Source: Perkinsus olseni (taxonomy: Eukaryota). Taken from it: DNA of 20,000 nt. The DNA lies in the NCBI GenBank assembly GCA_013115125.1, contig JABANN010000110.1:50210-70209 (forward strand). Direction: 5' to 3'. Below, piece by piece: positions 1 through 11,699 of this stretch (the stretch's first letter is position 1; the number at the start of each line of letters is the position of its first letter). Made by a program: the position numbers and the translations under genes. The notes beneath the pieces were generated by a model. The model was given only the letters and a program-made list of their open reading frames with translations. It was not told the origin of the DNA and did no database searches.

Positions 1-1730
1 TATCTCCCAGCCTGGATCACCGATGGTGTCGGCGGTTTCTAGGAGCCCACCTCTCGCAGTGATAGCATTTCTGTCAGTTTCTGGGCTTTATGTGGGCAGC
101 TTTGAAGGGCCCCGCGAAACTTCTGAAATTTGTCGAGTCGTCAGCGGATGACTACGAAGGAGTCTACTCTGTTCGGTGCTACTCTGCCGTTCCCGCGCCG
201 TTAAGGCTACCCTTCATTCGATCTCAGGACCCCCAACGGACCACTGCTCGTTATATCCGATCCGGGCATTGGTCGGGAAGTCTTGAAACAGCGACCGGAC
301 ACCTTCGCTCGGTGGGAGGTCCCCAGGTTACTCAATGAGAGTAACATGGCTAATGCCGAAGGAGACCAGTGGAGAAGGTTGAGGAAACACGGGAGCAGCT
401 CACTGAATGAAGCTTATGTCACGTCACTGCTGCCGGTCATATGCAACGAGATGGATAAACTGGTGAGATTCTCTCGGCGGGGTTGGGAGAAACCATACCG
501 ATCAGTAGCGATGTCTTGACTATTCCTCAACGGTTCAACTCTGCAGGTAGAAACCATCCGCCTATCAACGCACAACGGGACGGTGAAATGGGCACCTGGC
601 GAGGATCTTCGTGAGCAGGCCCTCAGGATTGTCTCGGCTGGCGTTGTTTCCAATGAAGATATCCCAAGTTACGCTAAAGGTGGGCCAAGGTGCTCCGGTA
701 GAACCGATTTTGTATGGTCAGAAGCATTCCTGAGCAACGATACTCAGCAGCTCGTAGTGAGACTTACCCGGGAGCTCACCGACTGTGGGAAATCACCGGT
801 CGCATTTCTCTATGAAGATAGATTCTTATGGATAGCCTTATTCCCGACAGTTCGACGCGTGAGTTGGGATAACTATGAACCGTCGAACTGTCATCGGCCC
901 ATCAGTTACATAGAGACTGGCGGAATTTATGTGGCATTATAGACTCGACGTTTTCCGCAAGGTCGAGGAGAGCTCACAGTGGACTTAGTCCCCGCGAGGC
1001 GGCTGATAACATCCTATTGTGATAGCTCCCCAGGGAGGTGAAAATTACCTCGCCGTTGCTTCAGGCTGTGGCTTGCTGGCAGTGAAACTGTCTCTGTCAC
1101 TTTGGCATGGTTGCTTTATCTATTTTGCCTCCACCCCGAAATACAAGAACGAGCTCGAGAGGAAGCCAAAGGAGCACGTGACGATTTGCTAACGGCATTA
1201 CAGTCTGGCAAGCTGCCGTTCATCGAAGCTTGTATTCATGAAACTCTTCGGGTGGGCCTTCCTGTGCGTCCTCACTCTCATCGCACTCGCCAGATGCACC
1301 CACCCGCCCCCGCCATTCCTGTCTTCTCTGTGAAGGAAACGCGTATCGGCCGGAAGCCCATACCTGTCGGGATCAACGTCTTGGTAGTGGTGGCCCAATC
1401 CACGTTGAAAGGGGGTGTGGACTTCAGGTGAGGCCACCTTCGTTGACCCGCTGTTAGTGAGCGCTTTCCAGGCCTGATCGTTGGCTGACTCCTGATGGTA
1501 TGTCTATCGACCGTGACAGAACCAGTAAGCACCTTCTCTTCGGCTATGGTCGAAGGGCATGCCCTGGCAAAGATCTTGCTCTGAAGGAGGGCATAATCCT
1601 AGTAGCCAAGCTTCTCCAGAACTTCGCTACTATACGCCTGAGTCCCGGGGCCAAAGTTGTGCCCGGTTATAGCTCATTGGTAACCTTGGCGCCCATGGGG
1701 CTTGTATTGGAGATGAGACCAGAGCAATGA
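1..1730 (+). CDS. Cytochrome P450, multi-exon, probably 5'-partial
   Basis: Spliced translation gives the I-helix LLAGSETVSVTLAW (~1073-1110), K-helix ExxR (IHETLR, ~1235-1251), PERF-like RPDRW (~1470) and heme motif FGYGRRACPG (~1539-1568). Stop TGA at 1728-1730. Frames are joined by short GT..AG introns. The window opens on an acceptor-like TATCTCCCAG. Confidence 0.93.
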
Positions 1731-1974
1731 AATAAGATTTTACCGAATAGCGGTACTCTATTGAAGAGAATTTCGCAGCAAGAGCGAAGCCCAAACAATC
1801 GAGTATGAGACCTGCTTTGTCACGGGCCTACTTACTCGGGGTATTACGGTACCTGCTCTTCTACATACTCATTTTCGAAGAAGTGTGTTGAAGATTTGTC
1901 GATGTTGTCCAATGATGTTTTACACATGGCGTTGGCCCCAAGGTGGCGGAGGCTCGATCCGTCCAGACTAGGCG

Positions 1975-2720
1975 CTATAGTTCATTTGTGCCGGAAGGCG
2001 TATCAGGTTCTTGGGAACCGAGTTCAAATGCTTCTTCTAGATGGTCGCGTCGCGTTCTGCCGAGTGACGGGTCGATTTCACAACGATAGCCCTTCTCGCG
2101 ATGATGTGCCCGTCGCGCCCTTGCCTGGGTATAGTTGTTGTTCTGCTCCGGCACGAGGAAGAGCAGAGGACAAGGGCAGGGTTTGCCCGAGAGCCGCCTG
2201 TAATAGCATTCCAGAGGGTGAAGGCTGTCGGGTTCAAAGCACACGATACAAACTGCACCCTGCAAAGGCTGCTCACTGACCGGCTTTTCACGGCCGCGGC
2301 CGTGGCTCGGCCTCGACGTGAGTCTTTGACACAGCGCATGGAGGTCAAAGACATGGAGGCATGTAGATCCTTATTGCGCTAGCCTGAGAGGAGTTTCCTC
2401 CCCACCCGACCCTCATTCACCTTCAGCGGACAGTCCACTGTGGACTTCGATGTTTCGCGTCACCCAGCACGTTTTCACTCCCATCCGGCTGCTGGTGCTT
2501 CGCCCTACAGCCCGCCCGAGGTACATCTAGGAAGTTCACGATCCATCGATCCCAGCTGGTAGCACCAAGCAGGTCGGAGATATCAGCAAGATAGGTCCGC
2601 AGCTGCCCCTTCCGTATGTTCAAACTGAATTAACTACCGGAGACCAGCAGAGACTACTCGTCGCTCACATGTCGTAAAGGCTCTTCGCTTGGTTTAAGCT
2701 GCTTCGGCGCTCTGCATGTA
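1975..2720 (-). CDS. Putative hypothetical multi-exon gene (boundaries uncertain)
   Basis: Several GT..AG-bounded segments on the minus strand. One junction joins in phase: ...AAVKSR|LHPLECYYRRLSGKPCPCPLLFLVPEQ. No recognisable domain. Confidence 0.35.
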
Positions 2721-3028
2721 TTCAACACAGAGCTGAGAACAGAGTCAGACAGATGGAATCCGACTTTTTAATCAAAACGAAGCGTTGCGGTCGCATGTGA
2801 ATTCTGACATAAATGCCAAATTGAGAGGCTGAAATTCAAACAAGCCCGAGAACACGGCGGGAGCAACTGCAAACCTGTAGAGGAAGCCGGCACGTGAACC
2901 GGGAACAGAAATTCATGGTCCGATGCAACTAAGAGTACTGCAACGCAACTCTGGTGACGATGTCGAATTGAAATTATAACATTATCATTACTGATCTCTT
3001 CATGTGCCAACATTAACGGTGGAAGGGT

Positions 3029-6000
3029 CTATCGTCCATTGGGATTAACATCGATATTGGAAGAACTATTATCCGCTGTGATGAATCTATCAAGCTCGTT
3101 CATGGTGTCGATCACTTCGGGTGGCAATGATGATGACCGATGCCGTAAATGCTGTTCAGCGGCCAACAGCCTGTGTATGGACGCGAACTGGTCGAAACAG
3201 GAGTTACACCGTTCAAGCCGATCTTCTCGGGACAAGTCAACCTGACGACGGCTGCATCTGATCATACTTGATGTGATGCCGCACTATACCTGTCCGTTTG
3301 CTTTAGTCGTGTCCATTCCGGCGCTTCGAGTCCCAATAATCAAGCTTCCGAAGTTTCTAAGCAGCGTCCGAACTGCAGCCATCGCGGCTTGTCGCGTCTC
3401 TGGGCGACCACAGAGTAATCGAAGCTCCGGCAAGAAGGTCTTTTGGCACTGTGCCAAGGTGACCACGAAGGACTTGTCCGTGTGGAAAACATTTTCGAGC
3501 ATCCCAACCATCACGCCTGGGGAGTTCTTATCGCCACGGCAGCAGACGTCGAGCCCAGCGGAAACATCACAATCCTCCAACCATAGTCGTCCGAAGGTTT
3601 TCACTGCGCTGAGCTGTCTTCGGAGACCCTTAAGAAAGCTCGGATTCGAAAGAGTGGAGGCTCGTAGACCATTAGCATTCGCCGTCGACCTCGGGGAAGG
3701 CGATGACTTAGGAGACTTGTTACTGCCCAGATCTGATTCGTTGATTGAGGCCGACCTTTGCAGTGAGAAGTGAGGCTTCCTGAAGAGGATGCACAACTTC
3801 CAGCGGGGATCTCAGAATTCACTTCAATCGTCAGGCTCATACGAGTCCGGTCTGAGCTGGGGCTACTCTGTGGAGGAGTTGCTGTAGTTCTTCTGCAAAT
3901 TCCGTGGTTGGTGCTTCTTCGCTCTGACTTTTCCTCGCTCCTCTCCGACTGTAGAGCTGCCAGCGGAGCCCGGTGGAGATGGTGTCTTGTTACTCGGCTT
4001 TGGGCTACCTCTGAGAAGTAAGGGATTGCCCGTCATCTGGCAGGCACACCGCACCTCCGCAGCGCTGCTCTCGCGGTTTCTGCAACAATCGGCTCGACTC
4101 TCGTAATTCGCGGGGACCTAAAGAGAACTCATGCTCGACCGTGACACCTTGCCGTTAGACGCACCGCTCGGCGAGGGCGGTCTTCGGGCGAGCGGCTCTC
4201 GGCTCGGCCGACGCTGGGCTAGAATCCGGTCCTTTCGTCGGGGCCGGTGGTCTAGGTATCCGGAGACGTTCCGACGCTGGGGGAGATGCTTGCACCGGGA
4301 GTTCGTCCAGGTTTTCCAATCTCCATACTCGCACCTGCAAGGATGAAGTGCCAGATTCACCGAACGAGGTAGCCCAACCTGAGGGCCTTCGTGGGAGACA
4401 ACCACTGCCCTGTTGGCAGTACTGCTGCCGCTGATTCTGATATCGGAAGCACCGCACCATTGCCCAGGGGCGGGGAGAGGGTGGACCGCCTCGCACGCGA
4501 TACGACAGTACTCAGGATCCCAGGAGAAGACCTTGAGAGCGTCCTGAAGGAAGAGCTGGTCGGAGGGCTAAAATTGTAGTGAGCGGCACCTGGGAACCGT
4601 GGAGGAGCGAGGTGCCATCTGGGCGGAACTTTACGAACTTCACCGCCGAATGATCGATTTCAGATGTACCTGGAAACATCTTCGAGGAGCAAAGGTCTAT
4701 CCGTGGTCTACGTAGGTCGGAAGGATACGCCGCGTGGGCTGCTCACCAGCTAAGGAGAAGGTATCGCAGTTCCACAGTTTGCAAGTTCTATCCTCCGATC
4801 CCGATACGAGGTAGAAGTCGGCTGGGTGGAAGTCCAGGGCGGTGACCTGAGCTCATGCTAGTGCTGTACCGCACAGGCGAGAAACATGCGTTGGAACCAC
4901 TTGACTCAATGCTCCCCATAGGAAGAAATATACTATTGGGACTGCAGTAATCCTTGCAGAGCCGTTCAGTGTTTGCATCGACCAGCCAGCACCGTGTAGC
5001 GACACATTCCGCGTCACTCACAGCATCTTTGTGGGGGTCCTCCATATCCTTCAGTAACTTCCCGGCACTCAAGTCCCATAGCCTAACCGAACCGTCGCTT
5101 CCACCCCCGACCAACCATTTCCCATGCGGCGAGAATCGAACCTGCGACCTCGGAGAGAATGCCATCCCGCGCAGGGGAGGGCCAGTCTTACAACCCGTAT
5201 CCTGCCGTCACTCGCCGCGAAATTGTGTCGAACAGCACCGAATTGGTGGCCTCGGTAGATCTGCACGCACTTCTGCTGGCGGAGGTCCCAAATCTGAGGA
5301 TAGACGGCAAGATGGATCGCATGAACGGTCGCGGCCGGATATGTGCTATGAGACACGCCGGAGACCCGGGAAAAGAGCAGCGAACGCCGCTAGAGAGCCG
5401 CACCGAGCGCATTGTCGGGGGGACCGGACTCTATACGCCTCTTCATACTAAAGAGGCGACCAAACTTTTCCCGCCCCAGTCGTCAATGGAAGATGGAATC
5501 CGGCCCGTCACGATTTTTCGTATCGCAAATTTTGCACGCATTTTATCATCAGGGCTTGTGGCTCAACGGTAGAGCATCTGACTCCAGATCAGACGGTTGT
5601 CCGTTCGAATCGGGCCAAGCTCATTTTCAAACCTCCTTCGAAGGAGGCCCAGTTCCGTCCCGAGTACTCCTACAGTATCAGCTCGGATGAACTGCAATAA
5701 CCTACGGCTACCTACGCGGTCCAGCATGATTCTCCCGAGTCATAACAAACTCAGGATTCCACAGGCCTTCTCATCACCTTAATATTTGTATCAGCAGATG
5801 CCGTTGCGAAGAAGCTGCCATAAGGGTGGAACTCCACCGTGGTGCACTCCGTCTTGTGGCCGGGCAGAGAGGTCACCTAGAGCGACAATCGGCGGCTGAC
5901 CACTTCCCTCTCAATTATGCGGGCTGAGTTGCTTTCTACGATGACTCGGCGCAGTAGCACAAAACCCGCGCATACTAATGGTTATGCGGTTCATCGTTGA

Positions 6001-6803
6001 CACCTGCTCGGTGAGGGTCCCTCCAACAACCACGACTCTTCCTCAATTCGAAGCTAGAGCTGGTTGAGGGACGACCCTCAAGTTTATTCCCGAAACTGGC
6101 TCGTAGCAGCACGCTCTACTGATTGCCAATCAGTGACGACCAATCGACTACTCTGCGACTAACAGCTCCACTCGAACTTCCACCGACAACTTCTGAGCTC
6201 TCATTGAAGAGTAACCACATGTGTCTCTCTCAGCGCTCATTTCAATATCGAGAGTTAGGGCTTCGAATCCAATCCCTGCTGCCTCGCTATAGCAGCAGCT
6301 CTCTTCGAAGCCGCGTGTTCTACCACTTCCCCTCCCGTACTCTGACTGTCCCTCTACCACTCCGCGTAGCTCCACTTACCAGTTTCGAGCTCGCCACATC
6401 CCAGACTTTAATACCCCCTCCGGTACAGCCGGAAGCGATGATCTCCTCTTGTCGATCGAAGACCACGCAGGACACCGCACTGCCATGGCCTGAGACTCGA
6501 GCGGGCGAGGCCAGCGCCCTCCTCGTCGGCCCCTACCGTTGAGCGACATCAGCGCCGAGTTGCCTGTTCTCTCAATCCGCCATACATTCACCCTTTTATC
6601 CTCTCCCCCCGTCACCAGCAGCCTTCCCGAGGCAAGGCCGAGCCGACAGCACAACACGCGGTCTGTATGTGCGGTGAAGGTCGTCATCTGAATAGGTTCA
6701 TCATTGACTGGCCTAGCCACTCAGGGCGCCCATCATCACAGGGATGGAATGAACAGTCATCTAGAAGTTGGAGGTAGTACCGGCGATTGGGTGCCTCCAT
6801 CAT
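3029..6803 (-). CDS. KATNB1: Katanin p80 WD40-repeat subunit B1, multi-exon
   Basis: Spliced N-terminus MMEAPNRR|PVNDEPIQMTTFTAHTDRVLCCRLGLASGRLLVTGGEDKRVNVW. WD40 repeats GHKTECTTVEFHPYGSFFATASADTNIK|IWDLR, VRFSPHGKWLVGGGSDGSVRLWDL and VTALDFHPADFYLVSGSEDRTCKLW. A low-complexity linker follows, then a C-terminal con80-like region ending VDLSREDRLERCNSCF. Two long introns: 5294-5777 and 5877-6379. Confidence 0.9.
5552..5623 (+). tRNA. trnW-CCA: tRNA-Trp (anticodon CCA), antisense within a katanin p80 intron
   Basis: Cloverleaf: acceptor GGGCTTG/CAAGCTC+A, D stem GCTC/GAGC, anticodon arm TCTGA-CTCCAGA-TCAGA, T arm GTCCG-TTCGAAT-CGGGC. Followed by TTTT. Confidence 0.97.
5624..5627 (+). terminator. 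Pol III oligo-T terminator
   Basis: TTTT directly after the tRNA discriminator base. Confidence 0.7.
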
Positions 6804-6971
6804 ACCCAATCGCGCCGACTCAAACGATGCAGCCCGTCTCTGGGCGAGCTTAGGTTCGGTCACGCGCAAATGCAAGTGCCGAAAAGAGTAAGTGATCTAT
6901 TCAGGACCAGTTGTTGAATCGTGAGCCGATCGGTACGGGGTGTCGCTCAAGTTGTATCCAACACGTTAAAG

Positions 6972-7043
6972 GGGCTTGTGGCTCAACGGTAGAGCATCTG
7001 ACTCCAGATCAGACGGTTGTCCGTTCGAATCGGGCCAAGCTCA
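6972..7043 (+). tRNA. trnW-CCA: tRNA-Trp (anticodon CCA), second identical copy
   Basis: Same 72-nt sequence as 5552-5623. Followed by TTTTT. Confidence 0.97.
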
Positions 7044-7048
7044 TTTTT
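7044..7048 (+). terminator. Pol III oligo-T terminator
   Basis: TTTTT directly after the tRNA. Confidence 0.75.
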
Positions 7049-8186
7049 CCGAATTCTCAGTTCGCTCCCCCATTAGCCCCTCTTTATACATTGAATATGC
7101 GGTTCGAACCTTCCTGTGAGCTGCTTGATTGTGATCTCCCGGAGCTGCTAGCGGACGTTGTGGCCATCATCGTTCCCGATTCAACCAAACTGCAGACATC
7201 CCCACTTTCCAACCGAGCACATATGCCCAACGACGGGGCAACCACAACCATCCTAGCACTACATGTCGCCGAGGCCGAGCATCCCTCCTTCGACTCCTAA
7301 TTGACAACTACACCCAATATCTCTCGACTAACGGGTAATGATAGCAGAGTGTGATGACAGCAGTCGTAGAAGTGGCAGTAGCAGCAACAAATAGATCCAC
7401 CAAATCCTTTCCCCCCTCTGAGTCCGAGACACCGATTCCCGCTCAAAGCAATCTTGGGTAGAGGGAAAAGTACAATCGACGAACGGGGTGAGCATACGAT
7501 GATGGTAGAGTAACAACCGCCTCGACCGCAGGACTCCTACTATTACATGCAAACGGTTCCGCGAACCAATATCGTTAAAAAGTTGAACCGACTACTACTA
7601 CGACCTGTGCCATCCTCCCATCATCTCGAGCTGCTGCTGCTGCTGCAGGATCAGCGGTACTGCAGTAACGTAAGGAGTAGCAGATCAGAAGGACAACCAC
7701 TAACGCATATGCTGGAGGGCTTAGTAGAGGCTGGTGGATGGCTGGTCGAACGTCCGCTCTATTATCATACAGGGACGGGTGAGAGGGCGGGAGGAGACGT
7801 TTTACAGAAATGACAAATGCCAGCGTCTTCTACTTCTTCGTCCTCCAGTGGTCATCGTAATGGTGGCGGCGGCGGTGATGTCGGTATGATGTGTGTTGAA
7901 ATGAGCAACAATAAGTAAGATAGATTTCACGTCTACTAATACTACTACTACTAATACCACAGAGAAAATTGACAAATGATAGCTTCTAACGAATCATCTA
8001 ATTTTACACTAACCAGCCTAACCAAAATTTATCACCACTGAAATCACCACGATTAAAGCCGAGCGGATATCGATGGCCACGTGGAAATCTGACAACGACA
8101 AATTTCCTTAGCGGAGTGAAGCAACCACTACCGACCTATCAAAATCTCCTATCAGCATGTACAAAAGGTGACCCATGGGGCAATCG

Positions 8187-10453
8187 TCAAAGGGATACCT
8201 GCAACGACACCATCCCGCGAAGGTTCTATCCCACCACCCCGCCATTTTACCATCCGCTCGACAGTCACCGCTCCTTCGCGAGTTACTTCAACAGACCTTT
8301 GCTCATCTCGACTTTCTTCCATCGCACAATCAGCGACCGCTTGCGGCAGCGAGTGGACCGGACCGACTGGCCGATCATCATCGTCCCCTCCCTCGGAGTC
8401 AACATTAATCTGGTCGCCTTGGGGCAGATCCAGATCAGTGCGTGCTCTGTCTTGGGCCTGAAATGAGAACCCAATGACAACGAGGAACCCTTCCCAGGCG
8501 AACGCCTCCAGCGACCACTGAGCATGCTGTGGTCGGATTCGTCCAGACGAGCCATCTACAGGAATCTATAGCTCGATACCCTACAACTGATTCAGCAGTG
8601 CGAGGTAGCTCGGCCCAACCAGACAGGACGACCGAGAGAGATTCCCGAGGCCAGATATGAGACAATACTCCGACCAGAGGTCGGCGAGAGCCAACGTTCT
8701 CCCAGAGTCAGCAGGCAATTATGACGACTCACTATCACAAGGCGCAGGTTCGATACCTCCCCTCTCCTACCGTTCTTCCCTCCTCAGTTCGTCTCGGGGT
8801 CACATTCGGGAGGACCATCGGTCCCCCGCTAGCCGGTGACGGGGAGTAGGCCAGCGTACAGCTGACCTTGCCAGGCACCCCACCGCTCATCTTAGACCCA
8901 CCACAGGCCAGCATCTTCTGCAGCAAACTCGGTCGTCTCAACTGCAGCTGTATCACACTCCTGCCCTGCTGCAGCGTCAGGCAGCCCTCCACAGGCTTCG
9001 GGCCTCCGCTCTTGTAACTCGGGTTCAAATCAAGAACTCCTCCCGTCACCTCAACCCTCATCGGATTCGGAGCTTCCACTAGCGTGCCGAACTTTGACTT
9101 CTGGTCTTCCAGCACAAAATAGGGTCGCTTGCCGCGACCCCCAGGGGCGAGGCGGATCACAGCGTGGCACCGGCTGACCGAGATGTCGTTGATTCTAACA
9201 TCAGCATCATGGCCTCGTCCAACCCGAATGACACCCCGAGGATTGTTGCCAAGGGACATGATATGGAGACCCTTCCGAGGCGCCTCCGTACTCTGCTGCT
9301 GCTGCTGGCCGGATCTCCTCGAGTGATGATGGTGCTTGACTTTAGACTCGAGGATGATATACGGGGGAGCCGGCCGAGGGATCTCGTACAGATCAATACG
9401 CTTAACACGACCGTTCTCAAGCGGCAGCTCGATAACACTGGGATAGGAGGTCTTGCAAAGCTCACAATCCAGACTTCTCCAAAAGTAGCTGTTGGCCAGG
9501 GGATGGCCGTCCCTCTCAGCGTCGGCATTGGTACCGTAGGGGTCGGGTCTCAGACACAGCCGGCCGTCCATCCACTGTCGCAGGCAGTTCAAGTGGATGA
9601 ACTTCATGCTGCCTTTGCACGTGCAGGGCGCGACCAAAGGGTTCTCCTTCTCCCCAGCTTCATAACAAATCCGACAGAATCTCTCAGCAGGAGGTGGGAC
9701 CTCTTCCGTGTCGTCATCATCAGCGTTCTTAAACTCAGTGCTGGCCGTAAGGGCGCTAGCTCTGTCATCACTGAAGTCACGACCACGATCTTCCTCAGAC
9801 TCCCTCGTCCTCTCCTCAGCCTCTTCGGCAGTAGTTACAATTTCCTTTACTCTAATTTTGAATCTTCCTAGCTTCAACGTGTCCCCTTCTTCCAGTCGAT
9901 GACCAGCTCCCTTATTATGACGTATCACCTCCCACAGCTTAGACGCCTTGTGGCCACCCTCGGTCGAGTCGCTACTGCTATCATCACCCTTCGGGGCGGC
10001 CCTTTCAACCCAATAACCACCATCCCTCTCGAACAGCCGCAGTAACCTTTTCGTCTTTAGCGAGCACCGTCCTCCATCAGGGCTCCCAGACGAGTCCAAG
10101 GCGGCGTTGGCACCAGCCACAGTAGCAGCACTGCCGAGCGGCGAGGAGACGTCTTCTTCCTCATCCTCGTCGTCCGAGGGGAGGGCCGGCGTCATTGCGA
10201 CCTCGCAGTTGGTACGGGTGACCAGGAACCCCTCGTCGCACATTTTCGCTCGGTAATTCCGTTTGTAGACGCTCTTAGCTTCATAGTCGAAGAGGCCTCG
10301 AGAGTCGTGGCTCCAAGTAAACGTCCGTGCAATCACCTCCACCGGGGTGAGGGCGTCAGAGTGATGGGACGTAGTGGAAGTCGTCTGGAGGCCGCCGCCT
10401 TGCCCCTTGGTCGAGCTACAACTACGACCACGACGAAGACGCGTTGAAGGCAT
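8187..10453 (-). CDS. FHA + RING-CH (RINGv/MARCH-type) zinc-finger protein, putative E3 ubiquitin ligase
   Basis: RING-CH CRICYE...PCTCKGSMKFIHLNCLRQW...CELCK. FHA RVGRGHDADVRINDISVSRCHA...DQKSKFGTLV. N-terminal TWSHDSRGLFDYE and GDTLKLGRFKIRVKEI motifs are typical of the alveolate family. Proposed exons 10453-8771, 8457-8251 and 8198-8187 (phase-0 GT..AG joins). An alternative ATG lies at 10540. Confidence 0.88.
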
Positions 10454-11699
10454 TAAAGACTGGCGGGACTCACTACAATGACAGAATGCTGACCGCACGT
10501 GGGAAGGTAGACGAGAAATCGAAAATAGCGAAACGTGCATCACTTCGCTCCGCTAGAAAAGTTCAAAACAATAATAGCTTCGCTCCGCCTTTTCTTGTCG
10601 GCGCATTTGCATTGTGATCACCCCTCCGCCTGCTGTTTTTATGCGTAAGATTCTACCATTCGCCCTGATCAACCTAAGATACGCCTACAGTGGATCGCTG
10701 AAGGCTCAGTTCACCGTGGAGGGCGGGGGCCAAGTCTTCGTCGTTGATGCAGATGATTCAGCGGACGGGTAAGCCTTACTCATACCAACTTTTTCGTATC
10801 TTCCGATCGGCGACTGGTCCCGCCTCTTTTCTGACCGCGTTATCCTCTTCTACGTGACGCTAACTGGCGGCACGGGATTGTTCCAGTCTGTTGACTGGCG
10901 AATCGTAGGGCGTTGCACTTACTACGATTATCAACAACAAAAAATATAGAAAACTGAAATGTTATTAAGGGGTTGGTAAAATTTAAATACAACTTATTCG
11001 CATAATAACAAGTTTTGCGAAAATTTATGTCGATAATTTCATGAGTTGTCTGATCTCAGTGACGCCCGACTGGGTCACTAATTTGCTTATCGCACTTCTC
11101 ACGGGCTCAGGGCCAAGCTGTAGCCACTCGACCTGTTACAGTGTCCAGAAAACTTCGCGAAGTTTTGACGTACTTATGAACATTTCCTGTCGGCCGGAGA
11201 AAGGCATCCGCCGCTGATATTAGTATTAGTAGTACTTATAATCATTATTTCGTTAATTTTATTATGTCTTAGTCAGTACTCTATATAAACTGGTCAGCGT
11301 TTTATATTTTATCGTTATTATCGTACTACTGTAAAAATAATCTACACAGCCAATCTCGATATCGAGTGGGACGCACCGTACGAAAGTCCTCAGGGAGAAA
11401 TCCCAACGACTTTCAGATAATCATTGCGGCACATGGATCATCACAATTTTTATGTACCCATTCAAAGGGGGCCACCGAAAACCGCACGTCTCACAATACG
11501 CATGGTACTCACGCTAAGAAGACACTGCCATGTTTTGGTATCCACACCTATGAGAAGTGCATTCCTGATCGCTCTGGGGTAAAATTTATAAATTCATGTA
11601 GCAATTAATAGAATATCAATTTACTATGAAGTTTTTTGATAAATCCCCGCTGTGAGCTTTATGTGGTTAATACTTATGATCCTCATAGCGGGGTGCTGT

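Noticed and set aside
5436-5458. U5 snRNA loop 1
   Set aside because: It superficially resembles GCCUUUUACUAAAGA but lacks the invariant GCCUUUUAC.
5552-5623. tRNA-Trp as a UGA-readthrough variant
   Set aside because: The anticodon is CCA with a full 5-bp stem (TCTGA/TCAGA) and G24. It has neither the 4-bp stem nor the Hirsh change, and genes here end normally in TGA.
9164-9871. 235-aa plus-strand ORF and other short overlapping ORFs
   Set aside because: These are antisense or alternate-frame shadows of recognised genes, with no motifs.
11137-11333. TA-CAGT...ACTG-TA MITE
   Set aside because: The inverted identity is only about 6-8 bp in AT-rich sequence, which is compatible with chance.
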